From: an uncultured Pseudomonadota bacterium
GTDB taxonomy: Bacteria; Vulcanimicrobiota; Vulcanimicrobiia; Eremiobacterales; Eremiobacteraceae
DNA: 64,000 nucleotides
Assembly (NCBI GenBank): GCA_963736005.1
Contig: CAVTNB010000001.1
Coordinates: forward strand, 1,952,001-2,016,000
Reading direction: 5' to 3'
Shown: piece after piece, positions 21,120 to 29,659 of the stretch
Numbering within the stretch: position 1 is the first letter of the stretch
Layout: each line of letters starts with the position of its first letter
Program-made: the position numbers and the translations under genes
Notes under the pieces: generated by a model
What the model was told of the DNA's origin: nothing
What the model saw: the letters and a program-made list of their open reading frames with translations, nothing else
Database searches by the model: none

Positions 21120-23903
21120 ATGGACCACGCAGCTGAGAGCCGTCTAGCCTCCCAGGCATCGTCCCTTATACCTTCGGGGACGGTCACGTTTCTTTTTACC
21201 GACATTGAAGGTTCGACGGAGCGTTGGGAACACCACCGCGAAGCCATGAAGGCTGCGCTCAATCGGCACGACGATCTTCTTGGAAGCGCTATAACCACCA
21301 ACGGTGGGTACATCTTTAAGAAGATGGGCGACGCGTACTGCGCTGCATTTCGCACCGCGCCAGACGCCGTCAGGGCCGCGATCGCCGCTCAGCAAGCGCT
21401 GAGCAAGGAAGACTTTTCCGCGGTCAACGGTCTGCGCGTTCGCATGGCCCTGCACACGGGTTATGCGGAAGAACGAGACCACGATTACTTCGGGCCGAGC
21501 GTCAATCGAGCCTCGCGCTTGCTTTCCATTGGGCATGGCGGCCAAATGCTCGTGTCAGCCGCGGCAAGCGACCTCGTGCAAGGCGAGCTACCCGCTCAGG
21601 CGATTCTACGCGATCTTGGTGCGCATCGGCTCAAAGACTTGGCCCACCCCGAACAAGTTTTCCAGTTGGTCGCCGCGGGCTTGCCCACAGATTTTCCACC
21701 GTTGCGTTCGCTCGACTCGCTCCCCAACAATCTTCCTCTGCAAGTAACCAGCTTCATCGGCCGCGACGAAGACGTTGCGGAAGTCAAGAAGCTCCTTGAA
21801 AAAACGCGACTGCTGACCTTAACTGGGAGCGGTGGCGTCGGCAAGACACGCTTAGCTTTGCAAGTGAGCGCCGAGTTACTCGAACGGCACCCCGACGGAG
21901 TCTGGCTCGTCGACTTGGCCGGGTTGCAAGACTCCGACTTGGTCGCCAGTGAAGTCGCGTCGGTCCTCGGCGTTCGCGTGGGCGCCGACCGCTCGCTCGC
22001 CGACTCCATTATTTATGCATTGAAACCAAAACAATCACTCATCATCTTGGACAATTGCGAACATCTCGTGACGGCTGCGGCCCACATCGCTGGTGCGATC
22101 ATCAAAGGAGCGCCCAACGTTCGTTTGATGGCTACGAGCCGCGAGGGCCTCGGCATCGCGGGCGAAACGATATATCGCGTCAATTCACTTGCAATTCCGA
22201 AAACAAACACCGAGGTTACATCGGCAAACGCCTCCGGTTATGGCTCGATCGCGCTCTTTATCGACAGGGCAACGGCTGCAAACACCCGGTTCATGCTCAG
22301 CGATGCCGACGCAAAAATCGTGGCCGACATCTGCCGCAGTCTCGACGGTATTCCATTCGCCATCGAGCTCGCCGCTGCGCGAGTCAAACTGATGTCTGTG
22401 GCGCATCTTGCGGAGCGTCTGAAGGAGCGCTTCCGCATTCTCACCGGAGGGGATCGAACCGCGCTGCCAAGGCAACAGACCATGCGTGCTCTCGTGGACT
22501 GGAGCTACAACTTGCTGAACGAGCGGGAGAGGACAATCCTCAACCGCAGCGCAGTTTTTGCAGGCGGGTGGACGCTCGAGGCGGCAAGCGAAATTTGTTC
22601 AGACGATGAGATCGAAGCGTGGGAAGTCTTGGACTTGCTCTCCTCGCTCGTTGACAAGTCGCTCGTCGTCGTTGAAGTCGGCGGTACAAGCGAACGATAC
22701 CGATTGCTCGAGTCCACATGGCAGTACGCGCGCGAAAAGCTTGCCGAAGCCAAAGAGAACGAGCAGCTCAATCGCAAGCACGCAGAATATTTTCTGCGCG
22801 TTGCTCAGGCTGCCGATGCGGCTTACGAATCGACGCCAAGCGACACATGGATTGCCGGACTCGAACCTGAGTTGGACAATTACCGTGCTGCCATGGGTTG
22901 GGCGTTGCTCAACAAGCATGACGTTGCTTTAGGAGCAGCGCTCGCCGCCGCTTTGCGAGATTTGTGGATCAGCGTCGGATCGCGAGTGGAGGGTTTGCGG
23001 TGGATCAACCTGGCACTCGACGCGCTGGGAGGCATGGAACCGAATCCAACGACCGCTACCCTATGGCAAGGCCTTGCCGTGACCAGCGAAGGTTTTGGAG
23101 AAGCAGCATTTGAGGCAAGCGAACGCGCGCTCAAGCAGGCCCAGGGACTGGGAGACGAGTCGCTTATCGCCTTGGCTCAGTCGGGCTACGGTTTTGCTCT
23201 CGACAGGCGCGGACGCTTCGATGAGGCGCAAGAAGTCTATACGAAGTCTGTCCCCCAGCTGCGCAAGACAGGTCGCACGAAGCAGCTAGCTCGAGTGCTT
23301 TCCTGGTGGTCCATCATCCATTTCATTCGTGGCGCGTCGGATGAGGCGCGCAAGGGGTTCAGTGAAGCGCTTGCGGTGGCGAGAACCCTGGCGGACGAAC
23401 AGCTCATGGCCACTGTCTTGGGCAATCTCGCCGAACTTTCGTTTGCGGAGGGCGATGTCGACAAGGCGATAGTGAGCGGCGAAGAGTCGCTCGCTCTACG
23501 GGTCAAAGCGAAAAATGCAACCGGCACCGCGAACGGATATACCAACCTCGCCGCCTACCATCTTGCTCGAGGGGAGGTGGAAAGAGCGAAGGCGCTCGCT
23601 CGCGAAGCCATCCGTTGGGCACGCGAAGGCCAGAGCCAGCTCATGTTAGTGTGGATCATCCAACATTTGACGGTTATCAGGGCGCGGGAAGGCGATCCAA
23701 AAGCCGCGGCACGCCTTCTGGGATACGTCAACAAGATGTTTCTCGAGTCAGGCTTTACGCGAGAACCAACGGAACAATGGAGCTACGAGCAGCTCATGGT
23801 AGCCCTTCACGAGCATCTTACAGACGACGAGATCGGCATGCTTGGGGCGGAGGGCGCGGCCTGGACCGAAGATCAAGCGGTCGAAGAAGCCCTTAAAACC
23901 TAA
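21120..23903 (+). CDS. Class III cyclase + STAND ATPase + TPR protein, copy 4
   Basis: 927 aa; FTDIEGST, GDAYC, DYFGPSVNRASRL, GSGGVGKT and LDNCEH motifs. Confidence 0.93.
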   Translation: MDHAAESRLASQASSLIPSGTVTFLFTDIEGSTERWEHHREAMKAALNRHDDLLGSAITTNGGYIFKKMGDAYCAAFRTAPDAVRAAIAAQQALSKEDFSAVNGLRVRMALHTGYAEERDHDYFGPSVNRASRLLSIGHGGQMLVSAAASDLVQGELPAQAILRDLGAHRLKDLAHPEQVFQLVAAGLPTDFPPLRSLDSLPNNLPLQVTSFIGRDEDVAEVKKLLEKTRLLTLTGSGGVGKTRLALQVSAELLERHPDGVWLVDLAGLQDSDLVASEVASVLGVRVGADRSLADSIIYALKPKQSLIILDNCEHLVTAAAHIAGAIIKGAPNVRLMATSREGLGIAGETIYRVNSLAIPKTNTEVTSANASGYGSIALFIDRATAANTRFMLSDADAKIVADICRSLDGIPFAIELAAARVKLMSVAHLAERLKERFRILTGGDRTALPRQQTMRALVDWSYNLLNERERTILNRSAVFAGGWTLEAASEICSDDEIEAWEVLDLLSSLVDKSLVVVEVGGTSERYRLLESTWQYAREKLAEAKENEQLNRKHAEYFLRVAQAADAAYESTPSDTWIAGLEPELDNYRAAMGWALLNKHDVALGAALAAALRDLWISVGSRVEGLRWINLALDALGGMEPNPTTATLWQGLAVTSEGFGEAAFEASERALKQAQGLGDESLIALAQSGYGFALDRRGRFDEAQEVYTKSVPQLRKTGRTKQLARVLSWWSIIHFIRGASDEARKGFSEALAVARTLADEQLMATVLGNLAELSFAEGDVDKAIVSGEESLALRVKAKNATGTANGYTNLAAYHLARGEVERAKALAREAIRWAREGQSQLMLVWIIQHLTVIRAREGDPKAAARLLGYVNKMFLESGFTREPTEQWSYEQLMVALHEHLTDDEIGMLGAEGAAWTEDQAVEEALKT

Positions 23904-23936
23904 AGGTAGCGTCGCGAATTTCCTCGGGGATACCGA

Positions 23937-23961
23937 AGCGGACCTAAAGGTCCGCTGCTAC
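23937..23961 (-). repeat. REP family B
   Basis: AGCGGACCTAAAGGTCCGCTGCTAC after cyclase copy 4; a decayed GTAG element starts near 23906. Confidence 0.85.
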
Positions 23962-24039
23962 ATTACGGCGCGCGCAACAAAAGAAATGTCCTGCCGATGA
24001 CAAATGGTAGGGCTTTAAACGCAATGAGACGACCGGTTC

Positions 24040-27000
24040 ATGCTCACTAAGCTTTTTGTTTCACGGCCCACGCTTGCGGCCGTGCTCATCGCGGCGCTGA
24101 CTATCGGCGGCCTGCTCGCCATTTGGACCTTACGCGAGCAGGAGCTCCCAAATGTCGGCCTGCCCGTCGTCAACATCATCATTTTTTACCCGGGTGCTTC
24201 GCCCGCTGAGATGCGCGACAGCATCGTGCGGCCAATCGAAGATGAGCTGGCCGGCGCGCCCTACTTGGACCACACCCAATCGCAAATCCAGCAAGGCTTC
24301 GCGACCATCAACACGCAGTTCAGCCTCAATTCCTCGCGCACCGAGGACCTTGTGGAAGTGCAACGGCGCATGCAAGCGGCCCAATCGCAGCTCCCGGGCG
24401 ATCTGCCAACGCCGCGCATCGAAACCTTCGATCCAGGCGAATCCGCCGTCGTGAGCCTTGCCGTCAATTCGCGCACGTTGAACGCGGGCGATCTCTCAGC
24501 CATCATCCAGAACCGCCTGATACCGGCGCTCGAGCAAGTGGCCGGCGTCGGTTACGTCCAGGCAAATGGTATCGTGACTCCCTCAGTGCAAGTTGAGGCC
24601 GACCCGAAGAAACTCAAAGCAAACAATCTCACGATCAACGATATCATTGACGCGATCGCCATCAACAACATTCGGCTGCCTGGCGGCATTCTCTATGGCA
24701 GCGAGCGCGAGACCGGCATTAACATCCGTGGCGACATTAGCGGCCCAGATTCCATCGGGGCTCTCCAGATTCCGCAAAAAAATGGTGTGCGCATCAGTGA
24801 CGTTGCCCGAGTGCTCGACAGTTATGCACCCGAGCGCATTTACTCGTATGTCGATGGCGAGCCGAACTTCTTCCTGACCGTTCAAAAGTCGATTGGTGCC
24901 AACGAAGTCGATACGGCCAGAGCGGTGATCAGCGCACTGCCGGATCTCGAGCAGCGCTTCCCCGGCATTGAATTGTCCACCATCGACGACCAATCAGCTC
25001 GCACTGCAGCGCTACTCAGTGGCGTGCTGCGAACGCTCATCGAAGGCATCGTGCTCGTCGCGATTGTGATGATTTTCTTCTTGCGCTCGTGGCGTAACGC
25101 CGCGGCGGTCCTCATCGCGATCCCGACATCGCTCTTCTCAACCCTCATTATCATGCGCGTGCTCGACTTTACGCTCGACACGGTGTCGCTGCTGGCCATG
25201 ACCCTCATCACCGGCATTCTTGTCGACGATTCCATTGTTGTCTTGGAGAACAGCGAGCGTCATCGAGAAGCCGGAGAGTCAGCTCTTCGCGCCGCCATCA
25301 ATGGCCGGCTTGAGATCGGCCTTGCAGCCATCGTCATCACGCTGGTTGACGTCGTCGTCTTTTTGCCGATCGCCTTTCTCCCAGGCATGGTTGGCAAGTT
25401 CCTGGGGGAGTTCGCGCTCGTCGTCGTCGTTGCGACGCTGTCATCGCTGCTGGTTTCTTTTACCATTACCCCGGCGCTAGCAGGCAACTGGTCGCTCCTC
25501 TCGAGCAAGCGCACCTTACGCATTGTTGAAGAGTTTTCAAAAGGGTTCGAACGGTTCCGCGACTGGTACGCCGAGCGAGTCCTTCCGTGGGGTTTGGCGC
25601 ACGCATGGACCGTCGTCGGCATCGCAGCGGGGACGCTGGTTGCCGCCATCGCTTTGATCTGGCCGCTTGGGATCATTGGATTCGAATTTGATCCGGCGCA
25701 GGATGAAGGCGAGATCTTTATTCAGCTCGATTATCCGAGCGGTACGCCACTCGCCGTCACACGCCAGGCCGTGCAAGCAATCGAGCGCGAGGTTAATCTC
25801 ATTCCTGATTTGCGCACCGAGACGTCGCTCGTGGGCGCGGCGCAATCGCCAGTGGGTGGGTACATCATCGACGGCGGCGTGGGTCAGATCGACATCCGCT
25901 TGCGCAGCGATCGACGGAATTCGACCGACTATTGGGTCGAGTACGTTCGCACGCTGGCCGAGCGTCTCGCGCCCGCCGCAAACCCAGTGGTGATTCCAGC
26001 AACGAATACGTATGGCGGCAACTGGCAGCCCATTGACTATTTGGTGAGCAATACGTTGGGCGATCCAACGCAGTACGCCAAGCAAGTGTACTTGGCGCTG
26101 CAGCAAACACCGGGCGCGGAAAATGTGCTCAGTTCAGCGAGCAGTCTGGCGCCACAGCTGAACGTCTCCTTTAATAAGGATGAAGCACGCAAGCGCAACG
26201 TTGACATCGGAACAATGGCCACAGCCATTCGCGCAGCCTTCGGTGGGGTGCGTGCGACCCAGTTCGTCACGCAGGATGGCTTAAAGGACGTGCAAGTGAC
26301 GTTCCCGTTCGCTTATCAACACACGGTCAACCAACTCCAGGATATCAGAGTGCGTTCGAACACTGGGGAGATCGTCCGCATTGGGGATCTTGCGCGCATA
26401 ACGTTTGAGAACAGCACGCGCTCGATCGATCGGGTCGACCGTCAAACTGTCGTGCACGTCAGCGCCAACGTTGCGCCCGGCGCGACGCTCTCCGGCGTGG
26501 AGAAGGCGTTTGCCGCCAAGCTCAACGACCTCGGCCTGCCAGTGAGCGTGACGGTGGCTGCGAGCAGCACCGGCACGCAGCAAAACCTCAGCGATACGGT
26601 TCGGGGTATGGCCGTGGCGCTCGGCATGGGGATGGTGCTGGTCTTCTTGCTCATGGTAGCGCTCTACAATAGCTACCGGTCGCCGTTTATCATTATGTTC
26701 TCGGTCCCTGTGGCAGTCGTCGGAGCCTTAAGCGCGCTCGCGCTCACCGGCGAATCGCTCAATGCCTTCTCGCTCATCGGCACGGTGTTGCTCATCGGCC
26801 TCGTCACGAAGAACGGAATCTTGCTTGTCGACTACGCGAATCAGCTGCGCGAACGCGGCATGGAACGACTCGCTGCGATCAAAGAAAGCGCTCGCGTCCG
26901 TTTCCGACCCATCGTGATGACGACCGCGGCCATGGTTTTCGGCATGCTGCCACTCGCGCTCGGACTCGATCACGCGGTGCAATCGCGCAAGTCGCTGGGC

Positions 27001-27159
27001 ATTGTGGTCATCGGCGGCTTGATCAGTTCGCTGATGCTCACGCTCATTCTCATCCCCGTCGTGTACGTGCGCTTGAGTCCGCAGCGGTTGCGCCAAAAAC
27101 CGCGTTGGGTGACGAGCGATCTCTATCCCGTGGTCGAAGAAGAAGCCCGCGGCAGATAA
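24040..27159 (+). CDS. RND efflux transporter permease (AcrB/HAE1 family)
   Basis: 1039 aa; GILVDDSIVVLEN, GLVTKNGILLVD and RFRPIVMT motifs. Confidence 0.93.
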   Translation: MLTKLFVSRPTLAAVLIAALTIGGLLAIWTLREQELPNVGLPVVNIIIFYPGASPAEMRDSIVRPIEDELAGAPYLDHTQSQIQQGFATINTQFSLNSSRTEDLVEVQRRMQAAQSQLPGDLPTPRIETFDPGESAVVSLAVNSRTLNAGDLSAIIQNRLIPALEQVAGVGYVQANGIVTPSVQVEADPKKLKANNLTINDIIDAIAINNIRLPGGILYGSERETGINIRGDISGPDSIGALQIPQKNGVRISDVARVLDSYAPERIYSYVDGEPNFFLTVQKSIGANEVDTARAVISALPDLEQRFPGIELSTIDDQSARTAALLSGVLRTLIEGIVLVAIVMIFFLRSWRNAAAVLIAIPTSLFSTLIIMRVLDFTLDTVSLLAMTLITGILVDDSIVVLENSERHREAGESALRAAINGRLEIGLAAIVITLVDVVVFLPIAFLPGMVGKFLGEFALVVVVATLSSLLVSFTITPALAGNWSLLSSKRTLRIVEEFSKGFERFRDWYAERVLPWGLAHAWTVVGIAAGTLVAAIALIWPLGIIGFEFDPAQDEGEIFIQLDYPSGTPLAVTRQAVQAIEREVNLIPDLRTETSLVGAAQSPVGGYIIDGGVGQIDIRLRSDRRNSTDYWVEYVRTLAERLAPAANPVVIPATNTYGGNWQPIDYLVSNTLGDPTQYAKQVYLALQQTPGAENVLSSASSLAPQLNVSFNKDEARKRNVDIGTMATAIRAAFGGVRATQFVTQDGLKDVQVTFPFAYQHTVNQLQDIRVRSNTGEIVRIGDLARITFENSTRSIDRVDRQTVVHVSANVAPGATLSGVEKAFAAKLNDLGLPVSVTVAASSTGTQQNLSDTVRGMAVALGMGMVLVFLLMVALYNSYRSPFIIMFSVPVAVVGALSALALTGESLNAFSLIGTVLLIGLVTKNGILLVDYANQLRERGMERLAAIKESARVRFRPIVMTTAAMVFGMLPLALGLDHAVQSRKSLGIVVIGGLISSLMLTLILIPVVYVRLSPQRLRQKPRWVTSDLYPVVEEEARGR

Positions 27160-27175
27160 ATTCACTCGTTCATAC

Positions 27176-29509
27176 GTGATTAGCCGCAGCATCAAGCAAC
27201 AGTCGCTCCTCAACGCCTATTGGATTCCGATCAACTTTCAAAACTCCGCAATTCTTACTATTGCGGTGCCGGCTGCGCTTCTCCACCTGGCGGGCACACA
27301 TCACACCGCAGTTCTCGCCATCCTTATTAGTGTTGCTGGTGTGCTTTCAATGCTCGTGCCGCCGGTGGCGGGCGCGATGTCCGATCACTTGCGGCGCAAA
27401 GGCGGTCTGCGACGACCCTTCATCTTGGCTGGCGCGGTCGTTAATGTGATCGGATTGTTCTGGTTGAGTCGAACGACTTCGATCGAACACTTTGCCATTG
27501 CTTTGCTGGTTGCGGTGCTCGGCCAAAGCATCAGTTTAGCCGCCTATCAGCCACTCATCCCCGAAGCAGTGGATCGTTCAGAATGGGGATTGGCATCCGG
27601 CTACCAGGGGATCGCTACACTTGTTGGGACCGTCCTTGGCCTCGCCTTCGCTGGACTTTTCGATCCCGATACCGTTTTTATGTGGGCCGCGATCATCGTG
27701 CTGGCCGGCGCGTTCGCGGCCGCATTGACTCCGGAACGTTCGTTTGTCGACCAGGGCGAGCACGCGCATATCGGTTCTTGGTCCGACTTCATGATTGCGT
27801 TTGTGTCTCGAATGTTTATCAACTTTGGGTTGATGCTGCTGATGACATTCGTGCTTTATTTTTTTAACGACGTCCTCAAAGATCCGAATCCCTCGTCAAC
27901 GACGAGCATTTTTGGCGCGCTTTCTCTTGTGGGCGCGGTGCTGACCAGTTTTTGGATGGGGCAACTCTCGGATCGCGTGCCACGCAAACTGATGGTTGCC
28001 CTCGCGGGGGCCCCCATGGCCCTGGCGATCTTTATTTTTGCGACAGCGCCTGGCATGCACAACCTCGTGCTCATTGCGCTGCTCTTCGGCTTGGGATACG
28101 GAGCATTTGCGTCAACGGGATGGGCGCTCGCCATGGATTCCGTACCGCAGCTGCGAGACGTCGCGCGCGATCTCGGCATCTGGGGACTCGCCAGTGGCTT
28201 GCCCGGCATCATTGCGCCCGCCTTTGGCGGATGGCTGCTCGCTCAGTATGCGAGCCCGCTTGCGGGATATAAGACCCTTTTTTTTGTGGCGGCCTGGTGC
28301 TTCGTGATCGGATCGTGTGTCGTTCTCCTGGTCGGCTACGGTAAAGGACGCTTCGGTATCTCCTTTCAAACCGTTGCTCTCGGGACGATCTATCCATATT
28401 ACTGGAGCGTGCACCGCATTCGTAGGTGGGGCAGGTTGCCATGGCGCCGTGGCACGACGATCGTGTATTGCAATCATCAAAATGATCTCGACACTATCGC
28501 GGGCCCCGTTCAGTTGCAACTTGATGGCCCATGGAACCGACCAATTTACGCGAGCGGCTCCCGTCGTATGTTCGAACCCGGCTTCATGGCAGTGCGCTTG
28601 CCCTGGGCTCGCTCGCTGTTGCGAAACATGACGGCGACCAGGCTCTTTAGTGCCATTGGCATCATTCCGATCGAGAACGAACTGCGCACTCGCACGCTCA
28701 TGAGCCTTGCTTGGAATGTCTACACTCGCCATGGCAACCTAACGCTGGGCGCTATTTTCGGTCACGATACCCTCGCCACGTTTGACGTTCCAGAGAGCTT
28801 GACGATCGAAGCGCTGTTCACAAAGCGCTGGTTTGGGGCATCCCAGGAGATGCTCGTTCCCATCAAGACCATGCTCGAACCATATCGCGGCGAAATCTTT
28901 GCCCAGACGCGCGCAAATCTCGAACGAGACCTCCAACAATTTGACCGAATTGCCCTGGCCGGAAACACGTTTTTCTTGACCCCCGAAGGCCGCCATACTC
29001 GAAACGGCCGACTCTCTCCCTTGCTCGCGATTTTGAAACGTCTCGAGCCATTTGCCGAAACCGTTTGGGCGGCGGCGATGTCCTACGACGTCTTCGTCGG
29101 TAAGCGCCTTTCGTTGCTCGTGCGCTACGTTGAGCTCACCGATCGGAGCAACCTTGCAAGTTCGCTCAAAGCCGCGCGTCCGGTCGTGGTCAGCCAACTG
29201 TTGGCTACGTGGATCATCGAGGGCGGACGCAAGGAGTTTGACGCCGCGAGTGCGCAGACCGCGGTCGTCGCGCAGCTTCAGTCACTGCCAAAGAACGCGT
29301 TTGTGGATCCGGAATTGTTGCGCAATCCGCAAGCCATAACCGATCGAGCACTGGCCGGGATGCGCCAGCTCCACATGCTGGCGTACGAGGGCAGCGTGTT
29401 CAAACTCATGGAGCAGCGAAAGCATCCGCAATTCCCCTTAGTCGATGATATGCTCGCATATCAGACGAATTTTTTTAACGAAACAGTCGAAGCATTGCGT
29501 CAAGTGTAG
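27176..29509 (+). CDS. MFS transporter fused to a lysophospholipid acyltransferase-like domain
   Basis: About 12 TM helices with GAMSDHLRR/GQLSDRVPRK MFS motifs, then HX4D (NHQNDLD) and TPEG. Confidence 0.75.
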   Translation: MISRSIKQQSLLNAYWIPINFQNSAILTIAVPAALLHLAGTHHTAVLAILISVAGVLSMLVPPVAGAMSDHLRRKGGLRRPFILAGAVVNVIGLFWLSRTTSIEHFAIALLVAVLGQSISLAAYQPLIPEAVDRSEWGLASGYQGIATLVGTVLGLAFAGLFDPDTVFMWAAIIVLAGAFAAALTPERSFVDQGEHAHIGSWSDFMIAFVSRMFINFGLMLLMTFVLYFFNDVLKDPNPSSTTSIFGALSLVGAVLTSFWMGQLSDRVPRKLMVALAGAPMALAIFIFATAPGMHNLVLIALLFGLGYGAFASTGWALAMDSVPQLRDVARDLGIWGLASGLPGIIAPAFGGWLLAQYASPLAGYKTLFFVAAWCFVIGSCVVLLVGYGKGRFGISFQTVALGTIYPYYWSVHRIRRWGRLPWRRGTTIVYCNHQNDLDTIAGPVQLQLDGPWNRPIYASGSRRMFEPGFMAVRLPWARSLLRNMTATRLFSAIGIIPIENELRTRTLMSLAWNVYTRHGNLTLGAIFGHDTLATFDVPESLTIEALFTKRWFGASQEMLVPIKTMLEPYRGEIFAQTRANLERDLQQFDRIALAGNTFFLTPEGRHTRNGRLSPLLAILKRLEPFAETVWAAAMSYDVFVGKRLSLLVRYVELTDRSNLASSLKAARPVVVSQLLATWIIEGGRKEFDAASAQTAVVAQLQSLPKNAFVDPELLRNPQAITDRALAGMRQLHMLAYEGSVFKLMEQRKHPQFPLVDDMLAYQTNFFNETVEALRQV

Positions 29510-29563
29510 TCGCGCAAATTTATTTGCGCGTGATCGAGCGCGTCGCGCGAATTTATTCGCGCG
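29506..29563 (+). repeat. Two family-A REPs
   Basis: GTAGTCGCGCAAATTTATTTGCGCG and ..TCGCGCGAATTTATTCGCGCG. Confidence 0.88.
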
Positions 29564-29659
29564 GGTCCATGCAATCGGTCTAAAAGTCAATCTAGACCGC
29601 TCGGCAGGTACCTTGGCGACACGTCGCGCAACTGTCCCCGTCGGGAGGAGCATGAGATC

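Noticed and set aside
12640..23903. Pycsar/CBASS defence operon or diversity-generating retroelement target
   Set aside because: No cNMP-binding, TIR or CARF effector, no CD-NTase, no reverse transcriptase and no template/variable repeat pair are visible. The cyclase residues look adenine-type.
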